A stretch of DNA of 64,000 bases, from positions 716,143 to 780,142 of the forward strand of contig OZ316891.1 in NCBI GenBank assembly GCA_973895155.1, written 5' to 3'. This DNA is from Marsupella aquatica (lineage: Eukaryota > Plantae > Marchantiophyta). This document shows positions 12,448-25,668 of this stretch, one piece after another; the first letter of the stretch is position 1, and the number at the start of each line of letters is the position of its first letter. A model generated the notes under the pieces. That model did no database searches, was not told the DNA's origin, and was given only the letters and a program-made list of their open reading frames with translations. Position numbers and translations under genes: made by a program.

Positions 12448-13687
12448 ACAAAATCCTCAATGAAGTTATTTGATGTTCTATAGAAGACACAGTTCAAAGT
12501 TTGCAATACAAGGATGAATGATGAGCCTCGTTCTATATAGGACTTCAAGAGTGCCATGATCCACAAGAAGTTATGGTGGCAGATGGGGTCTGGGCACACA
12601 TGATCACTAAAAAACTATGCTGGCAAATGGAGCAAGGGCATAGAATTTTACCAATATCTTGAGATGGGGCTCCAAAAGGTAAAGGAGTATCAAGTTTGCA
12701 AGGCATTGAATGACATTATGACACCCTACTGCTATGGTAGACGTGCGACTCACTGACAGCTCTATTGCAACTGCTCTAAACAGTAGATTTTTACATCTTG
12801 TTTTGATGGCATGGCATCCCAGTTTTTATGCAGAAAGTGTTGCAAACATGATGGCGGGAGGTTATTCAAGTCACAAATACAAATAGTCTTGTTTGTCTAT
12901 GTCCAGACTGACATGGCATGCTCTCGTGTGGGGAATTTTGCAAGGGACCCTAGTACGTGGGGGTCCGTAAACAATTAATGACTGACGGACGAATATTGAG
13001 AGAGAAACATAAGTTAAGAAAGTAATAAGTTTTGACACACCCCGGGACACAACGTCTGCCTAAAAACATTTATAATGAGCTACCCCACAATTACATGCCA
13101 TTATGAATCAACCTTCTACTCAAACTGTAAAAGACAAGCTTATGGCAGACAAATAACTCATAGTTTTAGGCTGGACTCATGAACACATTGACCTTCACAA
13201 AACTAGAATTGTAAACCCATTTAGAGCACCAAGCAACATATTAGTAATGCAAGTGAACTCAAATTGTCAAAATTGTGTCCTGAGTAAAAGGTATTGTGAA
13301 TGGGGGTATAAGTCCAATTTAAAACCAAACGTTTTACTTCTTGACCAGGTAGGCAAGATCGTACAGAAAGCCTCCAATTTGCCAGCCCTCTCACTGTGCC
13401 TCTAGTGGATTATTAGTTGGATATTAGAGACTACAAATAAAATCTGGCGTGTATATCTTTAAAGCTGAATTGACCAGGTCTCTACTGAGACTGTGGTTTG
13501 AGAATGTACTGAGACTATGGTATGGCGGGACACCTTCAATCTCCCTGTCATTAGAAGAGATGGTTAAGTATTTTTATATACATATGGTCTAAGTAGTCTA
13601 TGCTCTCACTTTGTATTAATTTTAATTTAGCTATTTTCTCCTTCTCCTCTAATTTTTCAACTCCTTAGTTTTTATTAGATCTGTTAG

Positions 13688-13688
<1 letters not shown>

Positions 13689-13722
<34 letters not shown>
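13689..13722. repeat. (TA)n microsatellite
   Basis: Uninterrupted AT dinucleotide run. Confidence 0.95.
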
Positions 13723-13725
<3 letters not shown>

Positions 13726-14149
13726 ATACACTAAAATTTTACTTTTTCTTTAATAAATTATTTCTAATGTTCTACATTATTTGGTGCCAAGGTTCACCTC
13801 ACCAGGCTCAACATGGACACAGAACATGGTAACAACCTAAAGATGCATTGTAACTTATATATCCATTGGTCAAATGTTTTACAATATATATGGTTTATAT
13901 ATTAATAGGTGTCACCTAATATATAGAGAGACTCCCAAACTAGAGTCTAAAAGTAGAATACAAATTAGTGTATTTTCTTTTAATCACAAATACTATACCC
14001 CTAAGGTACATTGATTTATATATACATTTAATGTACTTGTCAGTCATCCAAAATAGACATCTAAAACGTGCGGTAGCTCTCCTGGCTTTAAAGCGGGTTT
14101 TAAAACGTTGCATTTTTAATTTTTTGAATCATTGTTTCAATTGAACACA

Positions 14150-15118
14150 ATGGGATAGCATTTATTTCATAAACCAGTTAAACTAATTAGTACTCTAAAT
14201 AGGGTATAATGGAATTTATTTAGCAATAAGTTAAAATATCATGGTCTTAGAACTATATCACTATAGTTTTTTTGATGTTGTTATATGGAGGGACACATTT
14301 TGATTATCTTGTCTTATAAGAATTGTTCATTACATATTTTTATGTCAAGTTGGTCTATTCTGAGCTTTTTGTTTGTATTTTTTTGAATTTAGTAATTTCT
14401 TCCAACGACTTTAATTTGTTCAAGTCCTTATTTTTAACTAGACATGGTCAAACTTCTATTGATCTTTTTATTATGATATCTTTCCATATTCCTCAAGTTT
14501 AATTATTTATTGATGTTATAGGCAATCCTTTTCATGAAAATTCATTGAATATAAGGTATAACTCTCCAAACTCAACCAGACAACTACATTAGGACACACT
14601 CCAACAATCTTCTCAGAAATAGTCAACTACTGTGGTTCAATACCGTGGGATAACTTTTATTTCATAAACCAGTTAAACTTATCAGTACTCAGATAATAGG
14701 GTATAATTAAAACTTATTTAACAATAAGTTAAAATAGCACGGTCTTCAAAAGGCCCAGCTAATTCACTAGAGTTTTTTTTATGTTGATGTATAGAGGGAC
14801 ACACTTTGGTTACCTTGTCTTGTTAGAATTGTTTATTACATAGTTTATGTCTATTTGGTCTATTCTATGCTTTTTGGTTATATTTTTTGAATTTAGTAAT
14901 TTCTTCTAGACAACCGCTTTAATTTTTTGAAGTCCTTATTTAGTTTTAACTAGATTTGCTCAAAATTCTATAATTAATCTTTATATTATTGTACCTTATC
15001 ATATTTCTCTAGTTTAATTCTTTATTTATGCTATAGGCACTCCTTCTTTTCATGAGAATTTATTGAATATAGGGTATAACTCTCCAAACTCAACCAGGCA
15101 ACTAGGACACAATCCAAC
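14150..15118. repeat. Diverged AT-rich direct duplication (~460-500 bp x2, partial third copy near 15400-15480)
   Basis: TTTATTTCATAAACCAGTTAAACT.. through ..GGTATAACTCTCCAAACTCAACCAG recurs at 14161/14657 and 14555/15072. Confidence 0.8.
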
Positions 15119-16175
15119 GTTCCCTATAGTTTATACGTCTATTGTTTTAAAAAAATTGAATGCTTATGGGTTATAGGTCAATATGTGTCACCTAAACAGA
15201 GAGCCCCCCAAATTTTAGAAAGGTACAAAATTAGTTTACATTGCTTTCACCACAAAATATTGTACCTTGTGATCCTGACTTGTAATTCAACTTAATGTAC
15301 TGTCTTGTGTTTCACCCACAGAGTACCTACATCTCTTCACTTTAATGATATGAGTTCCCCCCTTTACTTTTTTATAATTATTGTTAAAATATTCTTGAAT
15401 AGGATATGATAGTTTGTGTTTCATAAACTAGACTTTATTGTAAATAAGTTAAAGTAGGATTGTCTTAGAACGGGCCAACTATATGGTTTGGCCAATTCTA
15501 AGGAGATTCAAAAGTACTTGGGAAAGTCTTAGGCAAAAAGGTTTTTTTATACTTTGTTGCTTTTTCTAAAGACCATATTGATGTTCAATGAATTTTGCAG
15601 GGTAGGATATGTACAAAACAATGCTTCACAATTCAAAAGTCTGTCACTCATTTCTAGCCAATCTTGACTGTGAGCACTGCAATTTCTATGAAGAATGACT
15701 CGTCCTAGAGTGTCTGATACCTTGGATCCATGCCAAGAAAGCTACTAGCAACAACAAATGTTTCAGGAACTTCTCAAGCAGATATATTGAGCTTCAAAAC
15801 TTTGTTATTGGTTTTTTCAATAATCCACACAAATTTGCCCATAGCAATTGAAATATAGGAGAAACCCCAGATTCTAGCAACCTGTCTCTGCCTCCTGTCT
15901 CCCTTGGTGTAGCTGTTCCATGAGTTCCTCAATCTTCCCCATCAATTCACTCTTTGTAGCATGATTTTGCTGATGGGCCTTCCTCAGCCTATGGTTGAAT
16001 CTGAGCATCTTAGCTTCCCGCTCTTGCCTCTATGCTTTCTTTGTTGCTTCTTGCTCAACAAATTTATTTTCAAGTCTCTAAAATGGTCCTCTACGTAACC
16101 TACTAAGAAGAAATCCTATGAAGATATCCACCAGCAACGCAATTCAATGGTCAGCCAACCATGGGAGGAGCCAAG

Positions 16176-16281
16176 GAGCGCATCCAGAGATGCTACAGAG
16201 TTAAGTACTTCACAACACAACTGTAGAGCGCATCCAGAGATGCTACAGAGTTAAGTACTTCATAACACAACAGCAGAGCGC
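16176..16281. repeat. ~49-bp tandem duplication
   Basis: GAGCGCATCCAGAGATGCTACAGAGTTAAGTACTTCAyAACACAAC x2. Confidence 0.9.
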
Positions 16282-19200
16282 CATCGCAAAGACCACCAAG
16301 CCAACCATGGATCCAGCCTCATTTCCACTCAATCCTGACAATGATGAATTTGATGTGACTGCTCCTTTCTTGGACACAAATTCAATTGAAATCTACCTGC
16401 CACAACTCTGGGCACAACTCAAACTCAATACATCACTTGCTCATGCTCTCTTAAAAGCCAACTTGCATTTGGGCCCTTTGTTTTCAGCCGGCGAATTTCC
16501 TCCCACAAACTTGCATGTGGGCTCTTCTATTTTGAGCCTACAAATTCTCTCCCACAAATTGGGTTTAGTGGTGTTATGTGAAACAAAAAGAGCAAACAAA
16601 AGAGCGGGGATCATGGCCAATAGAGGCATTTGGTCCCGTCTGTATAGTGTCTGACATTGAGCCCAGTCAGACATTGAGCCCACTTATACATTGAGCCCAA
16701 GTACAGATGCTCTTAGGGCCAAGCCCCAGAGTACAAGTGAAAAAAATTGGAATGGAACACAAAAGGTGGAAACCAGATGCAGGTGTCTTTCTTGACTGTA
16801 AACCTCTCACAAATTCTTTTCTTTGTATGTCCATACAATCATGGTTATGGGGCATTAACGTACCCCTGGTGAGGCCACAGAATCAACCCCTATGCTAGCC
16901 TGGCCTAGGGATTCTCAAATTGAATGAGAAATACACTAACTATGGTGCAAGTGGCAAATAGGGACAGATGAGATTTTTGCTATGTAAAAATGAAGTGAAT
17001 GGTTCACAAATTGGGCTTTACGCTCAGTAACTCATTCTCACTTGGGGATCATGGGCTGTAACCCTCTTGGGTTTACCGCCCTCAGGCGTTACATCCCACT
17101 ACCCCCCCCCCCCCCCCCCCCTCCTCCTGGGGATGGGTTCCTTACCTTACACCATACCTAACCCTTGGTCGCTGTTGCTTTCACAATTGGGGGCTTCATG
17201 ACAGTGGGTCCCCAGGACCTGCCAGATTCATGGGTACATGTAACAATGGAGATTGAAGGAAAAAGTGGCAAGCATTGTTATTACAGACTGAAGATCAAAG
17301 CAAAAAAAGTTGATGTGTCCTGAGGAGTAGAGTGGAGTCTAGTCATGTCCATTAGAGGCAGGGTGCTTGTCAGTTAAGATTTAGTAGTAACATGACCACC
17401 CAGTTGTATTCAGGCTTTTACTAGAGTACCCTGAAAAAATGTGAAATCCTCAATAACTCTTATTTCAACTAAATGTATGACACAGCTGATGTCTGAGTGG
17501 GGGTTACTAACCTGTTACATAGCACTTTGCTTGGAATGTGAGAACAAAGTGAATGGCTCCAGCCAATAAGCTTTTCCAAGCATTTGGGGCGCAGGGTTAT
17601 AGAATAGAACCCCCACACATACATCAATTTTCCAGTGCATAACTTTTGTCAGACTATAAATTTCAAGGCACAAGATTATGAAAATAGCCCCAAAAATAGC
17701 AGCATGGATAACCATTGTTTGGTACAAAAGTTACAAATATATTACACTGTTTCCTTATAGAGCTAGCTAGGGATGGAATTAACTTCCATCCTCCTTCTCT
17801 TAGATCTCCCACCCAACGTGCTATATGGTTAAGCACATAAATTACTGTAACTCGTGTACAAACCAATGACCATTTACTCCTTTTGGTGTGAAATAAGGGT
17901 AAACAGATGATTTTTCAAAGGCAGTTCATTAAGAACTTCCTTGGTAGATGTCCCTCGTTAATGTGGGGTAAGAATCCCCATGGGTGTGTGAGCGGGTATT
18001 GGCCTAAATGGCAAAGCGAGTGGTGAGTGGCCAGAAGAGAGGCCCACACAAATTGATACAACATGTGGATACACTCCCACAGTTTCTTTGTTGCCATGGC
18101 CTTCCACTACTATTGCTGCCATCCAGAGTGTATTTGCAAGAGTGGGTGGGCAAGGCTATTGCAGGCCCAACTCACCAGTATTGGCATGTGGGAGGCAACT
18201 TCTGGGGTGCCGGGCTCCAGGGTTTTAAGTCCACACGGCCTCATGGGGGATTGAAAAACTGGTGAAAAAACTGGCTTTCGGAACGTGGCACACTAAAGTA
18301 GTCCCGGCCAGACATTCCTTGTGAATAGTGGGAATGCTTTGTATAGGATAATAGCGCTCAGGTCTGGGGTTACCCTATGACTAAGAAGTGAGAAAAACCT
18401 GACCCGCGACACTCAAAAAGCACTCAAAAAGCTCTTCTGAGCTTTCTTGGAGCAGGGTTCAGGCTTGAACTCCTGCCCAGACCTCCATTATAAAATATAT
18501 AATTATTGTCTGGAAGAAGTTATTTCCCGTAAAGAGATTATAGGAATTGTAGGTACCTCTGAAAATGGTTACACACTGGTAACCTCTTGTAGGTACCTCT
18601 GAAAATAGCTACACTGGTAACCTCCAGTCAGTACAAAAATTACAACCTCATCTTGGGAGTGGATGTGCAACATGCTCTTGTAACGAAATGTCACTATAGG
18701 ACGAGAGTTTGAACTTCTAAACCGGGAATGGATGGGGCCGCGTGCTCTTGTAGCCGAAGGTCATTTAGAGCAAGTTTTCGAGCAAACGTGTTGCCCTCTT
18801 TTGACGAATCACTTTTTGGCCCACCCCAACTTTTTCCAGTATTCTCAGTTCTAATTCCAGGCAACCAACCCAGATAGACGCAAATTGCCCACCAGAGAAG
18901 AATCGGATGTCAAGATCGAATCCCGGATCAACATTCTGCCCACATTTTACGCACTTGTTCACATTTTCAGAGGTCCACTCGGGAAGGATCTGTCATACGG
19001 TGAAATCTGACTGAAGAGTGGCAAATTAAGTAGCTCAGAGATCTCGCCCTGCATAGCTCCAGTCTTGGGAAGAAAGAGGCGCTCGACCGTTTTGAAGAGA
19101 AAGTAGTATAATGCTCGTATTAAGGAAAGGGAGTGAGTTTGGAAAGGTGGATGGCAAACACTTTTGATGGGCAATGGTTGGCGACCAGTGTTGGTAGAGT

Positions 19201-20110
19201 TGCCAGATCGCAAATGCTGCACTGTCGTGTCACCTTGCGGTCCTCGTCTTGAGTATTGCATCGGTCTACCTTCTTCCACGGTGTCTGTTTCTGCAGACAA
19301 TGTGAAGCACATACTGTACGTGACCAACTGCTGCCTTGACCTTCTGATCAGGTCCTCTGTTCCTCTCTGCATTTCTGTAGATTGCTCTGTTTTGTTGTTC
19401 ATATATGGATACGTTGCTACTTCTACTCTATTTTAGATAGTCAACTTCTTCGGTTCAATACCGTTAGATCCGGCGGACTGTGAGTTGTAGAATTCCTCGC
19501 ATTTGCAGTAGGATGATGTTGATCTTCTCGATTTGAATGTCATGTGTCCTTTCGTGACATTCCTTCACATTAATTTCACCGCATTTCACGGTGTTCCGTT
19601 CCCTATGTAGCTGTCTAGTCATGCACTGGGATTCTTTTCTGTGGGGGGCCTACAGAGATGTCTTGTAATGCTGTACATTGTATTGCATCATTGAGGTAAT
19701 CTTGACATGATTCTTGTTGGCCGTCCCGGTTTTCGTGATTGGTCGTGCAGGGATACATTCGCTTGTGCTATTCGCTTCATTAGTTATGCATTTGGCATTA
19801 TGGTATTCGTGACTTCAGTGGACAGATCCGATCGATGAATGGGAATAACCGTCTTCAAGAAAACATTCAGACAGACTCGATCGTCACTAATGTACGACAC
19901 TGAATCGAGGAAGAGTTTATAATGGTAAAGGATCGGGAGACAATCGACAAATCCGAAGATCCGCAGGGCTTGTTGTTGATATGAGAAAAACGTTTAGATT
20001 AGACAGAGGGATTGATTGAGGTTGAGTGCAACTGGAAGGATTGAGCTGAGGGCGGGGTCAGATCTGAAGCCTTCTCTTGTAAGGTGAGACTGGGGGTGGG
20101 GGTCATCAGG

Positions 20111-22239
20111 ATGGCCCACATTCTGAATCCCCACGTGGTTTCGCTGGAGCAAAGCCTGAGAGAGAGTCTTCAGAAGGAGGCTGCAGAGAGTGAGCGACGA
20201 CAGAAGGCGGTGAACCTTCAAAAGGAGATGTGGGAGAAGAATCGGCAGGTAGTGTCCGTCCAGGACCCTGTGGTGGGCAACGGAGCAGCAGCAGCAGCAG
20301 CAGGAGTAGCTAACGATGAAGAGGTCAATAAGCATAAACTAGAAGAATCGATCCTGGTCACGACGCATGCCCGGGAAGAAGCAATTGAGAAGCGTAAGCT
20401 GCAGGTGAAGGAGAAGGTGCAATTTCAAATGAACCGAGTGACCCATGAAGCCAGGAAACTTGACGAGCTTCGCAGAGTATGTTACTAACTACTAACCCAC
20501 CCTTCCGTTTTTAAAAGTCTTCCTTGCTTTTCATGTCCGAAACTAAAATCGCGACCACAGTAAGTTCGACATACAGTTCCACTAACCCCCCAAACAGAAC
20601 TCTACTAAGCTTGAAAACAATCCAGTGAGCCTGGAAATGAAGTCCATGTAGTAGGAAATCCAATTCTTCACTCACCAAGTCTCGAAATGTAATCTTCCAC
20701 TAAGCCGGATATGGAGTTCTCCACTGGGCCTCAACATAAAATTGTCCACTAAGCCCGAATTCGAAATTCTTAAAACGAAATTTTCACTAGGCAGGAAACA
20801 ATTTCATCCGAGCTTGAAAATGAAATTCTCTGTACTCTATGTAGTACTGAAGATGCCAAAGACCAGAGCATAACCCCACAAAAGGTGGCCTAAACAGTGA
20901 AAGGCTGCATCACAACTATTCACCATGACCTGTTGAATTTCTTGTCTCTGGTAGTTGAAAAATCTTCTTGTATGTTCTACGGATCCAGAGACGGAGCTGA
21001 CACAAAGGGAGGGATTACTAATGGGAAAGTTCGTGCATTTGTCGAGTTGCTTTCATGGCACAGGCTCTAGATACCTCCAATGGATGCCCAGCTCACTCAT
21101 GCAGACGGAAATGGTGACTCCGGATTTTAATTCCCGAACGAGGACTTTGACTGACTTGTTGATGACTGTTCCTGAAGACCCTGTGCTTGGACACTGATCT
21201 AGAAGGCAATGATCTTGGAAATTAAATCCTGCTTCTTTAAATCCGCGTGTTTAGAAACCTCCTCATGACTTGCACAGAGTTTCTGAAATAATAACTGAAT
21301 TTTCCTTGGAAATTATTGTTACAAGATTAGAAAAGACTACAGTTTTCATTCTTGTTACCCAGTTAATGTCATGATGACAGTTTGGAAGAGGATAGCTTGG
21401 TCAATTTTCCCATCAGCTCCATTTATCCGGAAACAAATGCAAGTTGGTGCAGGGACTTGGCTTCAAATTATTTCCTATCTTTCAGCTTCTTACTATTCTC
21501 TGCAGAAAAGGGAGAACTGTGCTTTTGTGAAGTTGAGATTATCCAGTTGGAAAGTAAGTGAAAGTGTCCTTCCACAGCTCTCATTGACTCGTCCGACTTG
21601 GATGATCAGGAAGTGGACAGCCTCGAAGATCCCACAAAAAAGGAGGTTGCAGAGATAAGAAAAAAGATCGAGTCCGTTGACAAGGAACTGAGGCCTCTAC
21701 AGCTCCTGTGCGCCAGGAAGGTGCACCACTGCAATGACCTTACCTGTTCATGCACACGCGACCCTGCTACCACCGATTAATGTGATCTCCTCCTGATTTT
21801 CGTGAAGCTAACGGTCTTGCTGATCGCAGGAGAAAGAGTTCAAAGAGGCTGTGGAAGCCCACAACCAGAAGGCCACAGTCAAGACTGACCTAGTCATGAA
21901 GTTGATGGAGGTCAGAACAGCAGTCACCATCTTTTCGTGACCTGCTTTTGTAGGTACTGTTGGATAACGGTTGGATAACAGAGATAACGGTTGAATTACG
22001 TATCTTTTGATAACATCGTAAAAGTATTGAACGCCCGATAAGCAATAGTTCTCCCTGAAAAGGAGGTTTCGGATTTTTTTATTAAGGATGAACTTTGCTG
22101 AGTACACTGACCGTCAGTTTCCTTACCATGGGTGAATTGGATGCAGATCGTAACAAAGAGCGAGAAGATCAGGATGCAGAAGCTAGATGAGCTTCATAGG
22201 CATCTCGAGGCAATGGAGAAGAATGGACCCAGTGTGTGA
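20111..22239 (+). CDS. RAB6-interacting golgin (GORAB/DUF662-like) coiled-coil protein, 216 aa: join(20111..20476,21610..21720,21830..21910,22147..22239)
   Basis: AREEAIEKRKLQVKEKVQFQMNRVTHEARKLDELRR|EVDSLEDPTKKEVAEIRKKIESVDKELRPLQLLCARK|EKEFKEAVEAHNQKATVKTDLVMKLME|IVTKSEKIRMQKLDEL fits the plant family consensus; all three introns are GT..AG, phase 0, and the frame is intact to TGA. Confidence 0.9.
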
Positions 22240-22941
22240 TTCGTACCCAAGCGGTGTAGCAAAGCAATCTGGTATATATACCCAGCATCGCAATATTGGC
22301 AGAATTGATGGTTCAAGAGGGGTTCCAGAACCTTTTTGGTAGAGTACTGGCAATTTGTAGTTTTGGGCAATGTACAACTTGCAAATCATGATTGAGTCAG
22401 TGTCTCTAACAAGGACTGTGTTGAGAACAATCGAGTGGTTGACCTAGTGGTATTGGTACTTCATTTACTAGAAGCTTGTCAATCTGGAACTACGGAATTC
22501 ATCTATCAGCTTAGATGAGCCTTAACCGAAACCCACCTGATACGTCTATACGAGTCTTGATTGTTTCATTCATAATTATCCTCGAAGTTTCCATACTCAA
22601 TGACCAAATTCAGATGCTTGTAAAAATCTTCAAATTAGATTTCTCCCAAATGGATTTTCGTTGCGTGAGCTGCAAACAACAGTAAAAAGATCCTTTTTCG
22701 CATGTTAGTGTCGATTATTTGGGGTCAATAAAGGGTTGTAAGACCACTACTATTCTTACCATCGGTTGCTTCTCAAACGCTCTGTTCTCAAAGCTTCACT
22801 GTATATCATGTGAAAATGTCGTGGGATTGGTTGGTAAGAATTGCAATCAAGCTTGAACCACAATCAAGATAGACTTACGCCGAGACAGTTGACCAGAACA
22901 TCTCTGGACAACAAGTGAAGTCATCTTGAGCAGTTAATCGA

Positions 22942-23080
22942 TTTTGGCAACTTTATCGTCTCCATCTTTTTTGGACGAAATATCGTCGTTGGTTTTGGCA
23001 ACTTTATCGTCTCCATCTTTTTTGGACGAAATATCGTCGTTGGTTTTGGCAACTTTATCGTCTCCTTCTGTTTTGGACGA
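22942..23080. repeat. 51-bp tandem repeat, ~2.7 copies, in frame on the minus strand (DDKVAKTNDDISSKKDG)
   Basis: TTTTGGCAACTTTATCGTCTCC..TTTTGGACGAA repeated with a 51-bp period. Confidence 0.85.
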
Positions 23081-23467
23081 AGGAATGTCGCTTTTCAGAT
23101 ATACATGATTCTGTGTCCTCCAAAAGCCCTCGATTCCAGTGATTGCAATTTGTCTCATGATTTCTACCAACAGCTGATGAATTGGTATCAACTACGTGGT
23201 CTGCGTTTCCAATGTTCTCGATGGACTGTCAGTGACAAAAACAGTGCAGCGATTTTCGGTTCGAACTCGTTAATTTGAATGTGCATCCCTGATTTCGAAA
23301 TATATATATTTTTTCAATAAAACCCGCGAAAACCCACGGGAAGGGGGCCAAAAGCCGTACATGGCAAATGAATCAAGCCGGAAGGGACCAGAAAGACAGA
23401 TTTTTTTTCTTTCAATAAAACCAGCAAAAACCCACGGGAAGGGGGGGCGAAAAGCCATACACGGCAA

Positions 23468-23786
23468 GCAACTGGCTTTGGTCAGTTGGCCAGAGGATGA
23501 GCCTAGAACTGAAAGGTCCCAGGTTCAATCCTCCCTCCACACATAAGGGGTGTGGAGGGTATGTGTGTGTGTGTGGGTGGGGTGTAGTGGTGGGAGTATT
23601 GATTATCTCCTTAGCCCTGGTTGTCCACTTTGGGTTCTGGTTTAATCCTCTCTCCCTCCTGGTCTGGGTCCCTGTCGGATCCTTGGGTATTGTCCCCTTG
23701 TGGCTGCCCTACATAGAACTGCATGCTCCAAAGCAGGACGTCTATCCTCTGTTGGATGGGCCTGTTTTCGGTTTTCAAGGCAAAAA
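23468..23786 (+). mobile_element. tRNA-derived SINE, ~320 bp, A-tailed, 18-bp TSD
   Basis: Head with A-box-like TGGTCAGTTGG and B-box GGTTCAATCC; ends in an A-run; flanked by AAAAGCCATACACGGCAA at 23450-23467 and 23787-23804. It interrupts the second unit of a ~100-bp tandem duplication whose first unit shows the uninterrupted state. Confidence 0.85.
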
Positions 23787-24017
23787 AAAAGCCATACACG
23801 GCAAATGAATGAAGCCGAAAGGGACACGCAGTTTAGGTCATTAGACTAAGGTTTGGTTCTAGATACCCCTTATTAGAGCAACCTAAAGGTCCCAAATTCT
23901 ACTCTCTATATTGTTTTGAGTTGAAGTTTGGGCGGCAGTTCCTGGCCCTCTGTCTTGCTGGCAGGGTTTAGGGCAAGACAGAGGGCCAGGAGCTGCCAAG
24001 AACCCAAACTCCAGCTC

Positions 24018-24690
24018 CTACTCTCTATCCCCTTTCCCTATCCTCACAGCTCTGACCCTTGTAAAATGCCCGTGTGCTAAGATTCTCCAGAGAAAAGTGC
24101 GTGCTTTGAGAGGAAGATCGGCTGACCAGAGAGAGATCCAGAGCTTGTTCCAGTCCAATTCAGAGCGTGAGTGAACCCAAATCCTATGAAGTCTGATAAA
24201 GTCCGAGCCTTTAGGTCTCAATAGCTGGTACATCCTTGCATTAGGCAAATAAAAGTTTTTCAGTCGCTCCTCCTTGTCCGACCATCGCCATTGTGTGGCT
24301 CTAGACCTGATAGAGCCCCTAGCATCCAAAGTGCCCTGGATTTTTTCGACAAAAAGCAGGCACGACTCTCGAATCCTCAACTCGCAACCTCTGATACGTA
24401 ACAGCTTGCCAGTGTAGTAATGTACGACCAAGTCGTGTTCTCCCCGAAAGTCTGCAATTTTCCTGATACCTATTTTTCCGAACAGCTTAATCATCGAGCA
24501 AATAGTAGGATCATCCAAGTGCTGAAAGTTCTCAAAGCATCTGAGCACGTCCTCAATGCTCCACCAGCTAGCCACACTAGATGCCTCCGGGGAGAAAGTA
24601 AGATTTCGAAATCTTGCCGGGATATCTCGAATGCCTTCGTCGTGAAGTTTGGCCTGCAGTAAGTGAGTCGTTCGTGTAGATTGCATCTCT
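24018..24690 (-). mobile_element. L1-type LINE ORF2 fragment (region leading into zf-RVT)
   Basis: MYQLL..WNKLWISLWSADLPLKARTFLWRILAHGHFT matches the W..LW....P.K...FLWR motif of plant LINE ORF2; no RT core adjacent. Confidence 0.75.
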
Positions 24691-25668
24691 CTACTTGTGG
24701 CCTGGTGCAGACTGTCAGTCTCTCCAAATCATCATGCATTGCACTCTCATCGTAAAAAACTCGACGTGGGTCCTTAGGCATTGTGATGGCTTCTGAAATT
24801 CGTGCTTCTTAAAGCTTTTTTGATCGTAAAGTATCCTCAGTCTTCCGTAATCTAATTTGGTACTACATTCCAATAATTCGAACTGTTTCACTCCAATATC
24901 CTCATTTCGATTATATTGGGTTCTAATAATTGTATTATCGATCTGTGCTCATTATTGGGTCTTACGGCTGGAATCCGAGACTCCTTGATCCACCCGACCG
25001 TCTGCTCTGAGAGTGACTATTTCGTACACTCATGATCGACGACCAGTACCCAAATTTTGAACACATCAATGCATGGAGGCTCGGGACCTGCGAGTATTAT
25101 TACGGCATTTTCAATCGGGATTTTCACTTGATGCCAACATCGAACTATCAAGCCGACATCAAGGTAGCACCTCTGCTTCTGTCCTAACTAACAAGCTTAG
25201 CGAGGTCTTATAAGTTACAGCTCTGTTTCCTGTTATCGGTGAACTGCTGACAGAAACCTTTATTTACATTCGACATGGGTGATGGGACATTTGCTCAAGA
25301 AGCTCTGGACGGAATTCGTTCGAGGGATTTTTACACTACGTTACCTTAGGTCCCAAATACGTGGTCCACGGTATGAACTAGACGGCACTTGTAATGACTG
25401 AATTTCTATGGTGGGAAAGCTACGTACGTCCTTAGTTTGTATAGTTTTCTATGTTTTGTCTCTGAAAATGCGCATAGGAAAATGCGTGCACTGACCCTAT
25501 TGGAATCTCCTGAATGATATTATACAGGTTTCTACACTGACTAGACAATGTGAATCCATGATAGTACCGGAATCGTTGAACCTAATGAACCGCAATCACG
25601 CTAGTATATTTGACATAAGACAACCGGAATCTATATTTTACAACTACGATGACAATCACTGGATGCGA

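Noticed and set aside
16307-16898. Short ORFs in the 12.5-18.8 kb repeat region
   Set aside because: No recognisable domains or splice structure; embedded in small tandem duplications, most likely TE debris.
23468-23540. Possible tRNA gene
   Set aside because: No complete cloverleaf; followed by a body, A-tail and TSD, so it is a SINE head.
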